DNA of 61,780 nucleotides, counting the filler. It is 7 parts of 7 records of this genome, joined end to end, with 100 filler letters (N's around TTAATTAATTAA, not from the genome) between each part and the next. Parts side by side here need not be neighbours in the genome. Positions count along the whole stretch, not along the records: positions 1 to 3,686 come from SRR20825010_6516; positions 3,787 to 23,016 come from SRR20825010_6520; 5 more parts are not named here. One strand, 5' to 3'. This document shows, piece after piece, positions 1-6,703 of the stretch (its first letter is position 1; each line of letters starts with the position of its first letter). Under the pieces are notes generated by a model that worked only from the letters and a program-made list of their open reading frames with translations, had not been told where the DNA came from and did not search any database. Both the position numbers and the translations under genes were made by a program.

Positions 1-320
1 GTCCAGAGCACATCGCGCGGATGATTGACCTCGACCCGCAGGATCGGCGCACGCACCCCGAAGCCGCGCAGCGCAGGCCCGTAAAGCTGCCCGTTCTCGC
101 GCCGCGCCATCCGGTCGCTGACCCACAGCACCGGGTCCGTGCTGTCGGGCAGGGCCGCCAGGACAAAACCCGTCACAGCCGCATCGAACGGCCCGCCCGC
201 CAGCACGTCGCGCAGCACGGCGGCATCCGCCGCACCCGCCTTTCCGGGGGCTGCAACGGGTTGGATCAGATGTTTGTCCGACAGGGCAATCACCTGCCCA
301 AGAGGAGAATCGGGTGGCAT
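1..320 (-). CDS. imuA: ImuA (SOS mutagenesis cassette protein), 5' part; runs off the contig end
   Basis: Not in the ORF track because no stop codon lies in the window. Hand translation from ATG 320 gives MPPDSPLGQ...DPVLWVSDRMARRENGQLYGPAL...ILRVEVNHPRDVLW, which resembles alphaproteobacterial ImuA. GGAGGG RBS at 325-330 and a LexA box just upstream. Confidence 0.8.
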   Translation of the reverse strand, partial: MPPDSPLGQVIALSDKHLIQPVAAPGKAGAADAAVLRDVLAGGPFDAAVTGFVLAALPDSTDPVLWVSDRMARRENGQLYGPALRGFGVRAPILRVEVNHPRDVLW

Positions 321-333
321 GCATCCCTCCATT

Positions 334-348
334 GTTCATGTTTTGTTC
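334..348. promoter_or_regulatory. Alphaproteobacterial LexA (SOS) box
   Basis: GTTC-ATGTTTT-GTTC is an exact GTTC-N7-GTTC, 13 nt upstream of the imuA start codon. Confidence 0.85.
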
Positions 349-487
349 TAATTGAAAAGACCTCCAGACACCAGCAAACTTTCGGCGCTTCCCTCAGAAA
401 GACGGCAAGGTCCGGCCAGGCATCGCACAACGGACCCGCCATGGGCGCTTGCGCCCTATCGCCCGACCAGTACCATTTTTTCGAAGT

Positions 488-994
488 TTACGAACGCGAG
501 GCCAGCATCGACCGCGAGTGCGCGATCAGCTTGTCGAGCATCATGTCAAAGCTCTCCACTTCCGCCAGGCTCAGGGGCTCCAGAACCTTCTCATTCCGGT
601 CGAGGACATGCGCCATGACCCGATCATACAAAGCGAGCCCGGTCGAGGTCAGCTTCAGCGCCACCGCGCGCCCGTCATGCGGGTCGGTGGTATCGACGAC
701 CAGAAACTTGGCGGTAAGTTGCTTGATCACCCTGCTCAGCTGGCTCTTGTCCATCAACAGGATATCGGCAACATCGCCGGCCCGCACAGGTTGATGCGAT
801 TTGACAACCGCCAGCACACGCCACGCTGTAAGGCTTACCTGGAACAACTCCTCGGACCAGCCACTTGCAGACCGGCCTCCGATCGCTTCCAGAGTATGCA
901 ATTTGAACGTGATGACATCCTCAATTCCGGTGACCACAGGATGTTTCCCGCGCGGGACCTCGAATGCACCCGACGTGTCAAAGTCATTTGACAT
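488..994 (-). CDS. MarR family transcriptional regulator
   Basis: wHTH pattern WRVLAVV...DKSQLSRVIKQL...DPHDGR...LTSTG. Start reassigned to ATG 994, which has a GGAGG RBS at 1001-1005. Confidence 0.9.
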   Translation of the reverse strand: MSNDFDTSGAFEVPRGKHPVVTGIEDVITFKLHTLEAIGGRSASGWSEELFQVSLTAWRVLAVVKSHQPVRAGDVADILLMDKSQLSRVIKQLTAKFLVVDTTDPHDGRAVALKLTSTGLALYDRVMAHVLDRNEKVLEPLSLAEVESFDMMLDKLIAHSRSMLASRS

Positions 995-1201
995 TGCTTG
1001 CCTCCACCATGAGCAATCCGAATGTAATGGACAATATCCATTACATTCAAGGGAAAATGCACAAACGCCCCTGTTTCGACGTTGAAAAGAACCCCATGTA
1101 CAATTGCGCCCGAACAACATAAGGCCTGCCCAACCCCTTCAAAGGCCGCCTCCCCGGCCCCCTGTGCGGTGCACAGCGACCTCACGAACAGGACAGACCC
1201 C

Positions 1202-3346
1202 GTGATTCAGACCATTGCCGACGCCCTTGCCGCCCAAGGCTACGATACCCTTACCCCCGTGCAGGAGGCCGTGACCGACCCCGCACTGGCCGAGGCGGAC
1301 CTGCTGGTCTCGGCGCAGACCGGGTCGGGCAAGACCGTGGGCTTCGGCCTTGCCATCGCGCCCACCCTGCTGGGCGACCAGCCACGCTTCGGCGCTGCCG
1401 GGGCGCCGCTGGCCCTGATCATCGCGCCCACCCGCGAACTGGCCATGCAGGTGGCCCGCGAAATCACCTGGCTCTATGGTCAGGCGGGGGCCGTGGTCAC
1501 AACCTGCGTGGGCGGCATGGACCAACGCACCGAACGCCGCGCCCTGGACCGTGGCGCACATGTTGTCGTCGCAACCCCAGGGCGGCTGTGCGACCACATC
1601 AAGCGTGGCAACATCGACCTGTCCACCCTGCGCGCCGTGGTGCTGGACGAAGCGGACGAAATGCTCGACCTCGGCTTTCGCGAAGAACTGGAATTCATCC
1701 TTTCCGAAGCCCCCGAAGACCGCCGGACCCTGATGTTCTCGGCCACCGTACCGGCGGCCATCGCCAAGCTGGCGCAATCCTACCAGAAGGACGCCCAGCG
1801 CATCGCAACCACGGGCGAGGCGCGCCAGCACAGCGACATCGAATACCGCGCCCTGAACGTGCACCCGCGTGACACCGAAAACGCCATCATCAACGTGCTG
1901 AGGTTCTACGAGGCCAAGAATGCCATCGTGTTCTGCAACACCCGCGCCGCCGTGGCACGGCTGACCACCAAATTCACCAACCGCGGCTTTTCCGTCGTGG
2001 CCCTCTCGGGCGAGCTGACACAGTCAGAACGGACCAACGCGCTGCAGGCCCTGCGTGACGGGCGCGCGCGCGTCTGCATCGCCACCGACGTGGCCGCACG
2101 CGGCATTGACCTGCCCAATCTCGAACTGGTGATCCACGCGGACCTGCCCAGCAACGCCGATACGTTGCTGCACCGCTCTGGCCGCACCGGGCGTGCCGGA
2201 CGCAAGGGCGTCTCCGCCCTGATCGTGCCGGCCAAGATGAAGACCAAGGCCAACCGCCTGCTGGGCTGGGCCAAGCTCAAGGCCGAATGGGCCTCCGCCC
2301 CCTCGGCCGAAGAGGTCAACGCCGCTGACGAGGCGCGCCTGCTCTCTGATCCCGCATGGGAAGCGCCCGTGCCGGAAGATGCCGCCGATTTCGTCGCCAA
2401 CCTGGTCGCGACCTACAGCGCCGAACAGCTTGCCACCGCTTTCGTCAACCTCTACCGCGCCCGCGCATCCTCGCCCGAGGATCTGGCCGACCCCGGATCA
2501 AAGGATGACAGCAAGCGCCCTGCCTTCGGCCCCTCCGTCTGGTTCTCTGTCAGCCAGGGCCGCAATGACGGGGCAGAGCCCCGCACGCTGCTGCCCATGC
2601 TGTGCCGCGCGGGCGACCTGACCAAGGACGACATCGGCGCAATCCGCGTGCAGGCCAGCCACAGCTTTGTGGAAATCCTCGCCAGTTCCGCCCCCAAGTT
2701 CCTCAATGCCCTCGGCCCCGACCGCACGGCAAAGGAAGGCGCGGTGGTCACTCAGTTGGACAAGGCCCCGGACCTGCCCAAGGGCGGGCCGAAGTCGGGC
2801 GCGCCACGCGGCCCGAAGCCCGGCGGCCCGAAGCCGCACCGCAAGCCCGCCTATGATCCCGATGCGCCGTCGGCCCCAAGCAAGCCGCGCGCAACCGCTG
2901 CCGAAGCACCGATGGCCGAACAGCGTTCGGAAAGGCCGAAGTTCGACAGGCCCAAATCTGACCGGCCCTTTTCCGGCAAGCCCACCAAGCCCAAGGGCGA
3001 GCGCCCGCCAAAGTCGCACAAGACCGAACGCAGCCCGATGAAACCCGGTGCCGCCCCAAAACCCAAATCGGATGGCACAGCCAAACCCAAGGCCAAGGCC
3101 GTCTGGAAAAAAGACGCCGCGCCGACCGACGCGCCGCGCAAGCCCAAAGGCGCAAAGCCGCCATACAAGGGCAAGCCAGAGGGCAAACCCGAAGGCAAGA
3201 CCTACCAGCGCGCCTCTGACCCCTCCAAACGCTTCACCCCGCCGAACAAGATCGGCAAGCAGGGCGGCAAACCAGCCGGACGCGGCAAGACGGGCGGCGG
3301 TGATGCCACCCCGAAGCGCGGCAAGAGCAGCTTCCGGCCGAAGTGA
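1202..3346 (+). CDS. DEAD-box RNA helicase with DbpA-type RNA-binding domain and long Lys/Pro/Gly-rich C-terminal tail (DeaD/CsdA-like)
   Basis: Motifs AQTGSGKT, PTRELA, TPGR, DEAD, SAT, ARGID and HRSGRTGRAG. Likely GTG start at 1202. Confidence 0.95.
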   Translation: MIQTIADALAAQGYDTLTPVQEAVTDPALAEADLLVSAQTGSGKTVGFGLAIAPTLLGDQPRFGAAGAPLALIIAPTRELAMQVAREITWLYGQAGAVVTTCVGGMDQRTERRALDRGAHVVVATPGRLCDHIKRGNIDLSTLRAVVLDEADEMLDLGFREELEFILSEAPEDRRTLMFSATVPAAIAKLAQSYQKDAQRIATTGEARQHSDIEYRALNVHPRDTENAIINVLRFYEAKNAIVFCNTRAAVARLTTKFTNRGFSVVALSGELTQSERTNALQALRDGRARVCIATDVAARGIDLPNLELVIHADLPSNADTLLHRSGRTGRAGRKGVSALIVPAKMKTKANRLLGWAKLKAEWASAPSAEEVNAADEARLLSDPAWEAPVPEDAADFVANLVATYSAEQLATAFVNLYRARASSPEDLADPGSKDDSKRPAFGPSVWFSVSQGRNDGAEPRTLLPMLCRAGDLTKDDIGAIRVQASHSFVEILASSAPKFLNALGPDRTAKEGAVVTQLDKAPDLPKGGPKSGAPRGPKPGGPKPHRKPAYDPDAPSAPSKPRATAAEAPMAEQRSERPKFDRPKSDRPFSGKPTKPKGERPPKSHKTERSPMKPGAAPKPKSDGTAKPKAKAVWKKDAAPTDAPRKPKGAKPPYKGKPEGKPEGKTYQRASDPSKRFTPPNKIGKQGGKPAGRGKTGGGDATPKRGKSSFRPK

Positions 3347-3384
3347 GCCTGCGAAGAACCGCGTTCGTTTGATGTAACAAAAGC

Positions 3385-3527
3385 CCGGAAATTTCAAAAT
3401 TTCCGACACGTTTTCTTCAAAGAAAACGGACAGGGCAACACGCCTGCCCTGTACTGCTCACGTTCGATACCATTCCACCGGAACCGGAAATTTCAAAATT
3501 TCCGGCCCGATTTCTTCAAAGAAATCG
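3385..3527. repeat. Two copies of a ~44-bp double-hairpin REP-like element flanking a third hairpin, between convergent genes
   Basis: Copy 1 (3385-3428): CGGAAATT-tcaa-AATTTCCG then CGTTTTCT-tcaa-AGAAAACG. Copy 2 (3484-3527): CCGGAAATT-tcaa-AATTTCCGG then CGATTTCT-tcaa-AGAAATCG. A central ACAGGGCA/TGCCCTGT stem lies between them. Confidence 0.85.
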
Positions 3528-3539
3528 AAATTGCGCCGA

Positions 3540-3686
3540 TCAACCCTTGCCCTTCCACGGCACGAGAAAGCGTTCAGCGGCCCGCATCAGCATGTCGATG
3601 CCAAATCCGATGACACCGATCAGGATGATCCCCATGATCACGATATCGGTGTTCTGAAACTTGGACGCGGTCATGATCATCATGCC
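3540..3686 (-). CDS. ABC transporter permease, TauC/SsuC-like, 3' fragment
   Basis: Hand translation GMMIMTASKFQNTDIVIMGIILIGVIGFGIDMLMRAAERFLVPWKGKG*. The LVPWKGK ending is typical of taurine/sulfonate permeases. Confidence 0.75.
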   Translation of the reverse strand, partial: GMMIMTASKFQNTDIVIMGIILIGVIGFGIDMLMRAAERFLVPWKGKG

Positions 3687-3786
3687 NNNNNNNNNNNNNN
3701 NNNNNNNNNNNNNNNNNNNNNNNNNNNNNNTTAATTAATTAANNNNNNNNNNNNNNNNNNNNNNNNNNNNNNNNNNNNNNNNNNNN
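3687..3786. other. Artificial contig spacer (N run with TTAATTAATTAA linker)
   Basis: 100-nt N44-TTAATTAATTAA-N44 block. The linker gives stops in all frames. Confidence 0.98.
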
Positions 3787-3789
3787 CAG

Positions 3790-3833
3790 TGATAACAAGC
3801 CGCGTCACTCGGACGGTGGACTCAGCGTTAGCC
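3790..3833 (+). repeat. attC site 0 (short, apparently internally deleted)
   Basis: R'' TGATAAC (3790-3796) then AAGCCGC..., with intact R' GTTAGCC (3827-3833). Only 44 bp long. Confidence 0.65.
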
Positions 3834-3852
3834 GGAGTAAGGATTAAAGCTT

Positions 3853-4446
3853 GTGCAACAATATTTGGAATCTACTGAATACATTGATTGGAAAAATACC
3901 GAGGTTTTAGCCAGGGCAGAATCATTGGCTGAAGGGCTAACAGATCTGGAAGCTATTGCGCGACGTTGTTTTGTTTATGTCCGAGACGAAATTCAACATA
4001 GCTGGGATTTTGAGCGTGATCCTGTGACATGTAAGGCATCTGATGTACTTGAACACGGCACGGGCTACTGTTATGCAAAAAGCCACCTGTTGGCAGCATT
4101 GCTAAGAGCAAATGGAATACCAGCAGGGTTATGCTATCAGCGATTAACCATCAGCGACGATGGCGATGGGCCGCCTTTTTGTCTTCACGGTTTGAACGCA
4201 CTGTATCTTGAGGAACACGGCTGGTACCGAATTGATGCTCGGGGTAATAAACCAGGGGTGGCGGCGGATTTTTGTCCCCCAACTGAACGTCTGGCATTTC
4301 CTATAGTCTCTGAGGGAGAAGCGGATTTGCCGGAAATATGGGCAGAGCCAATTGGCCCTGTCCTTAACGTTCTCTCAACGCAAACCACATACAAAGCCGT
4401 AGCTGATAATTTGCCTGATATACAGGTGGTTACGGCTAACCAGTAG
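3853..4446 (+). CDS. Cassette 1: transglutaminase-like (Cys-His-Asp) domain protein
   Basis: GYCYAKSHLLAALLRANGIPA, HGLNA and WYRIDARG match the transglutaminase-like superfamily. AAGGA RBS. Confidence 0.85.
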   Translation: MQQYLESTEYIDWKNTEVLARAESLAEGLTDLEAIARRCFVYVRDEIQHSWDFERDPVTCKASDVLEHGTGYCYAKSHLLAALLRANGIPAGLCYQRLTISDDGDGPPFCLHGLNALYLEEHGWYRIDARGNKPGVAADFCPPTERLAFPIVSEGEADLPEIWAEPIGPVLNVLSTQTTYKAVADNLPDIQVVTANQ

Positions 4447-4538
4447 TTGCAGTACGTTCCGGCCTCGCGGCCTCGCGGCCTCCACCGGACCGGTTTTCCG
4501 TTGCACTCCAAACCGGCCGCTGAATATTGGCATTAAGC
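4434..4538 (+). repeat. attC site 1
   Basis: R'' GGCTAAC, L'' GTTGCAGT, palindromic core (CCGGTTT...AAACCGG), L' GCTGAAT, R' ATTAAGC with G>A at the crossover position. Confidence 0.85.
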
Positions 4539-4551
4539 ACAAGGAAGGTTC

Positions 4552-4947
4552 ATGCACGCGAATATCGCCCGCTACGGAATAATTCTGAACACGGAAAATT
4601 TTGAGGCGTGTGTGGCGTTTTATCGAGACCTCTTTGGCTTGCGTCAGCTGTTCAAGAAAGACGAGAACGGCTTTAAGCTAACCTGCCTCGAATACGGAGA
4701 GGGTTACTTGATGGTGGAACAAGGCGGCAAAGCAAAGAACGACGTCAAGTCGCCCGAAGAGGGGAGCTTCAAACTGCGTTTCAACGTTAAGGACCTGGAG
4801 AAGGCCTTGGCAGAAATTAGAACATGGGGCATCGACGCAGACATCACAGAAAACGCGTGGGGCAGGACCATCAATATCAGCGATCCCGATGGCAATCGGG
4901 TCGGTGTTAGAGACGAAGCCGGCTTCCTTCGTCAGCTCAATGCTTAA
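4552..4947 (+). CDS. Cassette 2: VOC / glyoxalase-bleomycin resistance family protein
   Basis: FYRDLFG, LRFNVKDLE and WGRTINISDPDGNRV motifs. Confidence 0.85.
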   Translation: MHANIARYGIILNTENFEACVAFYRDLFGLRQLFKKDENGFKLTCLEYGEGYLMVEQGGKAKNDVKSPEEGSFKLRFNVKDLEKALAEIRTWGIDADITENAWGRTINISDPDGNRVGVRDEAGFLRQLNA

Positions 4948-5028
4948 CAAGCCGCTTCAGTTTGTTCCCGGCCTGTCGGCCGTCCACCGGATGTCACTGT
5001 CGTGGCGCCGCTTAGCTCCGCCTTAAGT
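4942..5028 (+). repeat. attC site 2
   Basis: R'' GCTTAAC overlapping the stop codon, AAGCCGCTTCAG...CCGGCC...CCACCGGA core shared with the other sites, R' CTTAAGT (G>C). Confidence 0.85.
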
Positions 5029-5043
5029 GTAAAAGGTCTAAAC

Positions 5044-5451
5044 ATGAATGTTTGGTTGAGAATTGATAGACCGGTCGACGCCGAAGCGGATATTCCACTG
5101 AAGGATGAGGCCTCGGAGAGAGTCAAAAGGAAGTATGCCAGCGAGCCATCCGGTGCTTTTATCGTCTGGGCCGATTCCTCGGATGGAACGCTAGGCTGTA
5201 TCAGAAACAATCGGAGCATTTCAGCGCCTGTTTCTGAAGTGACGGAATTAGTTCTCAAAGAGATGAAGTCAGCGAAAGGCCGTGGTTTTGTCGCGCTGTC
5301 TTTCGCATCGAGTGCAGGCAGAGAGTTGATTGGAATTTACTCAAACAGATGCTCTGCGAATGCTTTTAACTGGCTATCGGAAATACAGCCAGTGATAGCA
5401 AAAGTGTTGAAACTTGGCCAGAGCAAGCAAGATCTGGGCTATGACACTTAA
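5044..5451 (+). CDS. Cassette 3: hypothetical protein (135 aa)
   Basis: The ORF fills the space between two attC sites. ATG 5044 follows AAAGG, and the stop codon lies inside R''. Confidence 0.7.
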   Translation: MNVWLRIDRPVDAEADIPLKDEASERVKRKYASEPSGAFIVWADSSDGTLGCIRNNRSISAPVSEVTELVLKEMKSAKGRGFVALSFASSAGRELIGIYSNRCSANAFNWLSEIQPVIAKVLKLGQSKQDLGYDT

Positions 5452-5533
5452 CCACTCATTCCAGTATGTTACGGCCCTGAAGGGCCTCCATCGGACGCCC
5501 TTGTCAGGGCACCGCTGAATATTGGCATTATGA
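5446..5533 (+). repeat. attC site 3
   Basis: R'' ACTTAAC. The right end CCGCTGAATATTGGCATTA is identical to attC1. R' ATTATGA (G>A). Confidence 0.85.
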
Positions 5534-5548
5534 TTCTATGAGGTCTTT

Positions 5549-5788
5549 GTGCAGGTTTTAGATTCGAGTCCATGGGATTGGATGTTATTCAGAAACGACG
5601 GGAATCTGTTTTTCACGGTTTTGTGTGGATCAGTGGCGATGTACTCAGTGGACATTCATTTATCTGAGTCTGAGGTCACCGACTATGCCAAGAGAAATAG
5701 AGAAGCCTTGGCATCACTGGCCACGAAGATTCGGATGAATCCCGAAGGCTATAGTGATCGTCACATAAAAGGTTCCCATGATAATTGA
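5549..5788 (+). CDS. Cassette 4: small hypothetical protein (79 aa)
   Basis: GTG start after GAGG just inside the cassette boundary, followed by R'' TCATAAC at 5837-5843. Confidence 0.65.
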   Translation: MQVLDSSPWDWMLFRNDGNLFFTVLCGSVAMYSVDIHLSESEVTDYAKRNREALASLATKIRMNPEGYSDRHIKGSHDN

Positions 5789-5836
5789 GCGGCGTCCTCA
5801 GTAATGGCTGAGTGGGGAGCAGACGAAACCAACAAG

Positions 5837-5850
5837 TCATAACAAGGCCG
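5837..5850 (+). repeat. Remnant of terminal attC (R'' box only)
   Basis: TCATAAC-AAGGC complements the cassette 4 start (TTATGA). No L or R' boxes are recognisable after it. Confidence 0.6.
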
Positions 5851-5916
5851 ATTCCTACAACATTGCTCATTCGGTAACCTCCTTTCCCTACTTTTCACTG
5901 CATGAAGGAAACACGA

Positions 5917-6534
5917 ATGCTTATAGACCTTGAGTCGATCGAAACAAAGCACATCCACCCTATCCTGACCCAGACCGTCATTCCGCGGCCGGTGGCGTGG
6001 GTGTTGTCGCAGAACCCGGGGGATGACTACAACCTGGCTCCTTATTCGTTCTTTACCGTGGTGACCGGTAAGCCGCCAATTCTGATGGTGTCTGTGGGCA
6101 AGAAGCCCAGCGATGGTAGCTTCAAGGACACGCGGGTGAATATTGAGGCTCGTAAGCAGTTTGTGGTGCACATTGGGAGCCGCAGCCAGGCTCAGGCCAT
6201 GACGGAGTCGTCCCGCCATCTGGACCACGGCCAGTCTGAACTGGACCGACTGGATATGAAGTTGGTGCAGGAAGAAGGCTGGCCGATGCCCCGGGTCGAG
6301 GGGTGCCTGGTGGCGTTTTACTGCGAGTTGCGAGAGGTCATTGAAATGGGTGACACGCCGCAGTCGCTGGTGTTTGGCAATATCAAGAAGGTGTTTGTGG
6401 ACGATCAGGTTGCCAGCATTAACGATCAGGGGCGTTACGTTATTGATGCCAAAGGCATCGACCCTATTTCGCGGCTGGGTGGCAGCGAATACGGCACCCT
6501 GGGCGATATTCTCAACGTGCCGCGCCCGGACTGA
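5917..6534 (+). CDS. Flavin reductase-like (DIM6/NTAB) family protein
   Basis: PRPVAWV, NLAPYSFF, KDTRVNI and PISRLGGSEY motifs. Confidence 0.9.
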   Translation: MLIDLESIETKHIHPILTQTVIPRPVAWVLSQNPGDDYNLAPYSFFTVVTGKPPILMVSVGKKPSDGSFKDTRVNIEARKQFVVHIGSRSQAQAMTESSRHLDHGQSELDRLDMKLVQEEGWPMPRVEGCLVAFYCELREVIEMGDTPQSLVFGNIKKVFVDDQVASINDQGRYVIDAKGIDPISRLGGSEYGTLGDILNVPRPD

Positions 6535-6703
6535 GGCAGACTGCAACAGGCTCAAACGAGCTGACAGAACTGACCGAAACGGCGCCGAATTCATCGCATG
6601 GGGCCAATTTCGGCGTTTTCCCTCCTGGGCTATTCTCATCCTGTTGGCGTGTGATCCGCGCTGAAATGTTGATAAAACAACGGCAAATGCCGACAGGGTG
6701 GTT

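Larger units (their letters stand above)
3790..5850 (+). mobile_element. Integron gene-cassette array, distal end, four cassettes; no intI within the contig
   Basis: Four short co-oriented ORFs, each starting 13-19 nt after a (G)TTRRRY-type site and ending at or near an R'' box (...TAAC). Start hexamers match the cassette's own R'': TTAGCC/GGCTAAC, TTAAGC/GCTTAAC, TTAAGT/ACTTAAC, TTATGA/TCATAAC. Confidence 0.9.

Noticed and set aside
21-991. Plus-strand ORFs 21..794 and 449..991
   Set aside because: They are antisense shadows of imuA and the MarR gene with no recognisable motifs.
2498-3409. 303-aa minus-strand ORF and other ORFs over the helicase tail
   Set aside because: Antisense to a GC-rich low-complexity coding region where stop codons are rare.
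3385-3527. Possible mini CRISPR array (repeat-spacer-repeat)
   Set aside because: Only two imperfect ~44-bp copies, the intervening sequence is itself a hairpin, and there is no leader or cas gene.
3731-3742. TTAATTAATTAA recurring six times as a biological motif
   Set aside because: It is always centred in a 100-nt N block, so it is an assembly linker.
4434-5533. Recurring intergenic repeats read as terminators or REP elements
   Set aside because: The R''/R' complementarity and one-ORF-per-repeat spacing are explained much better by attC sites.
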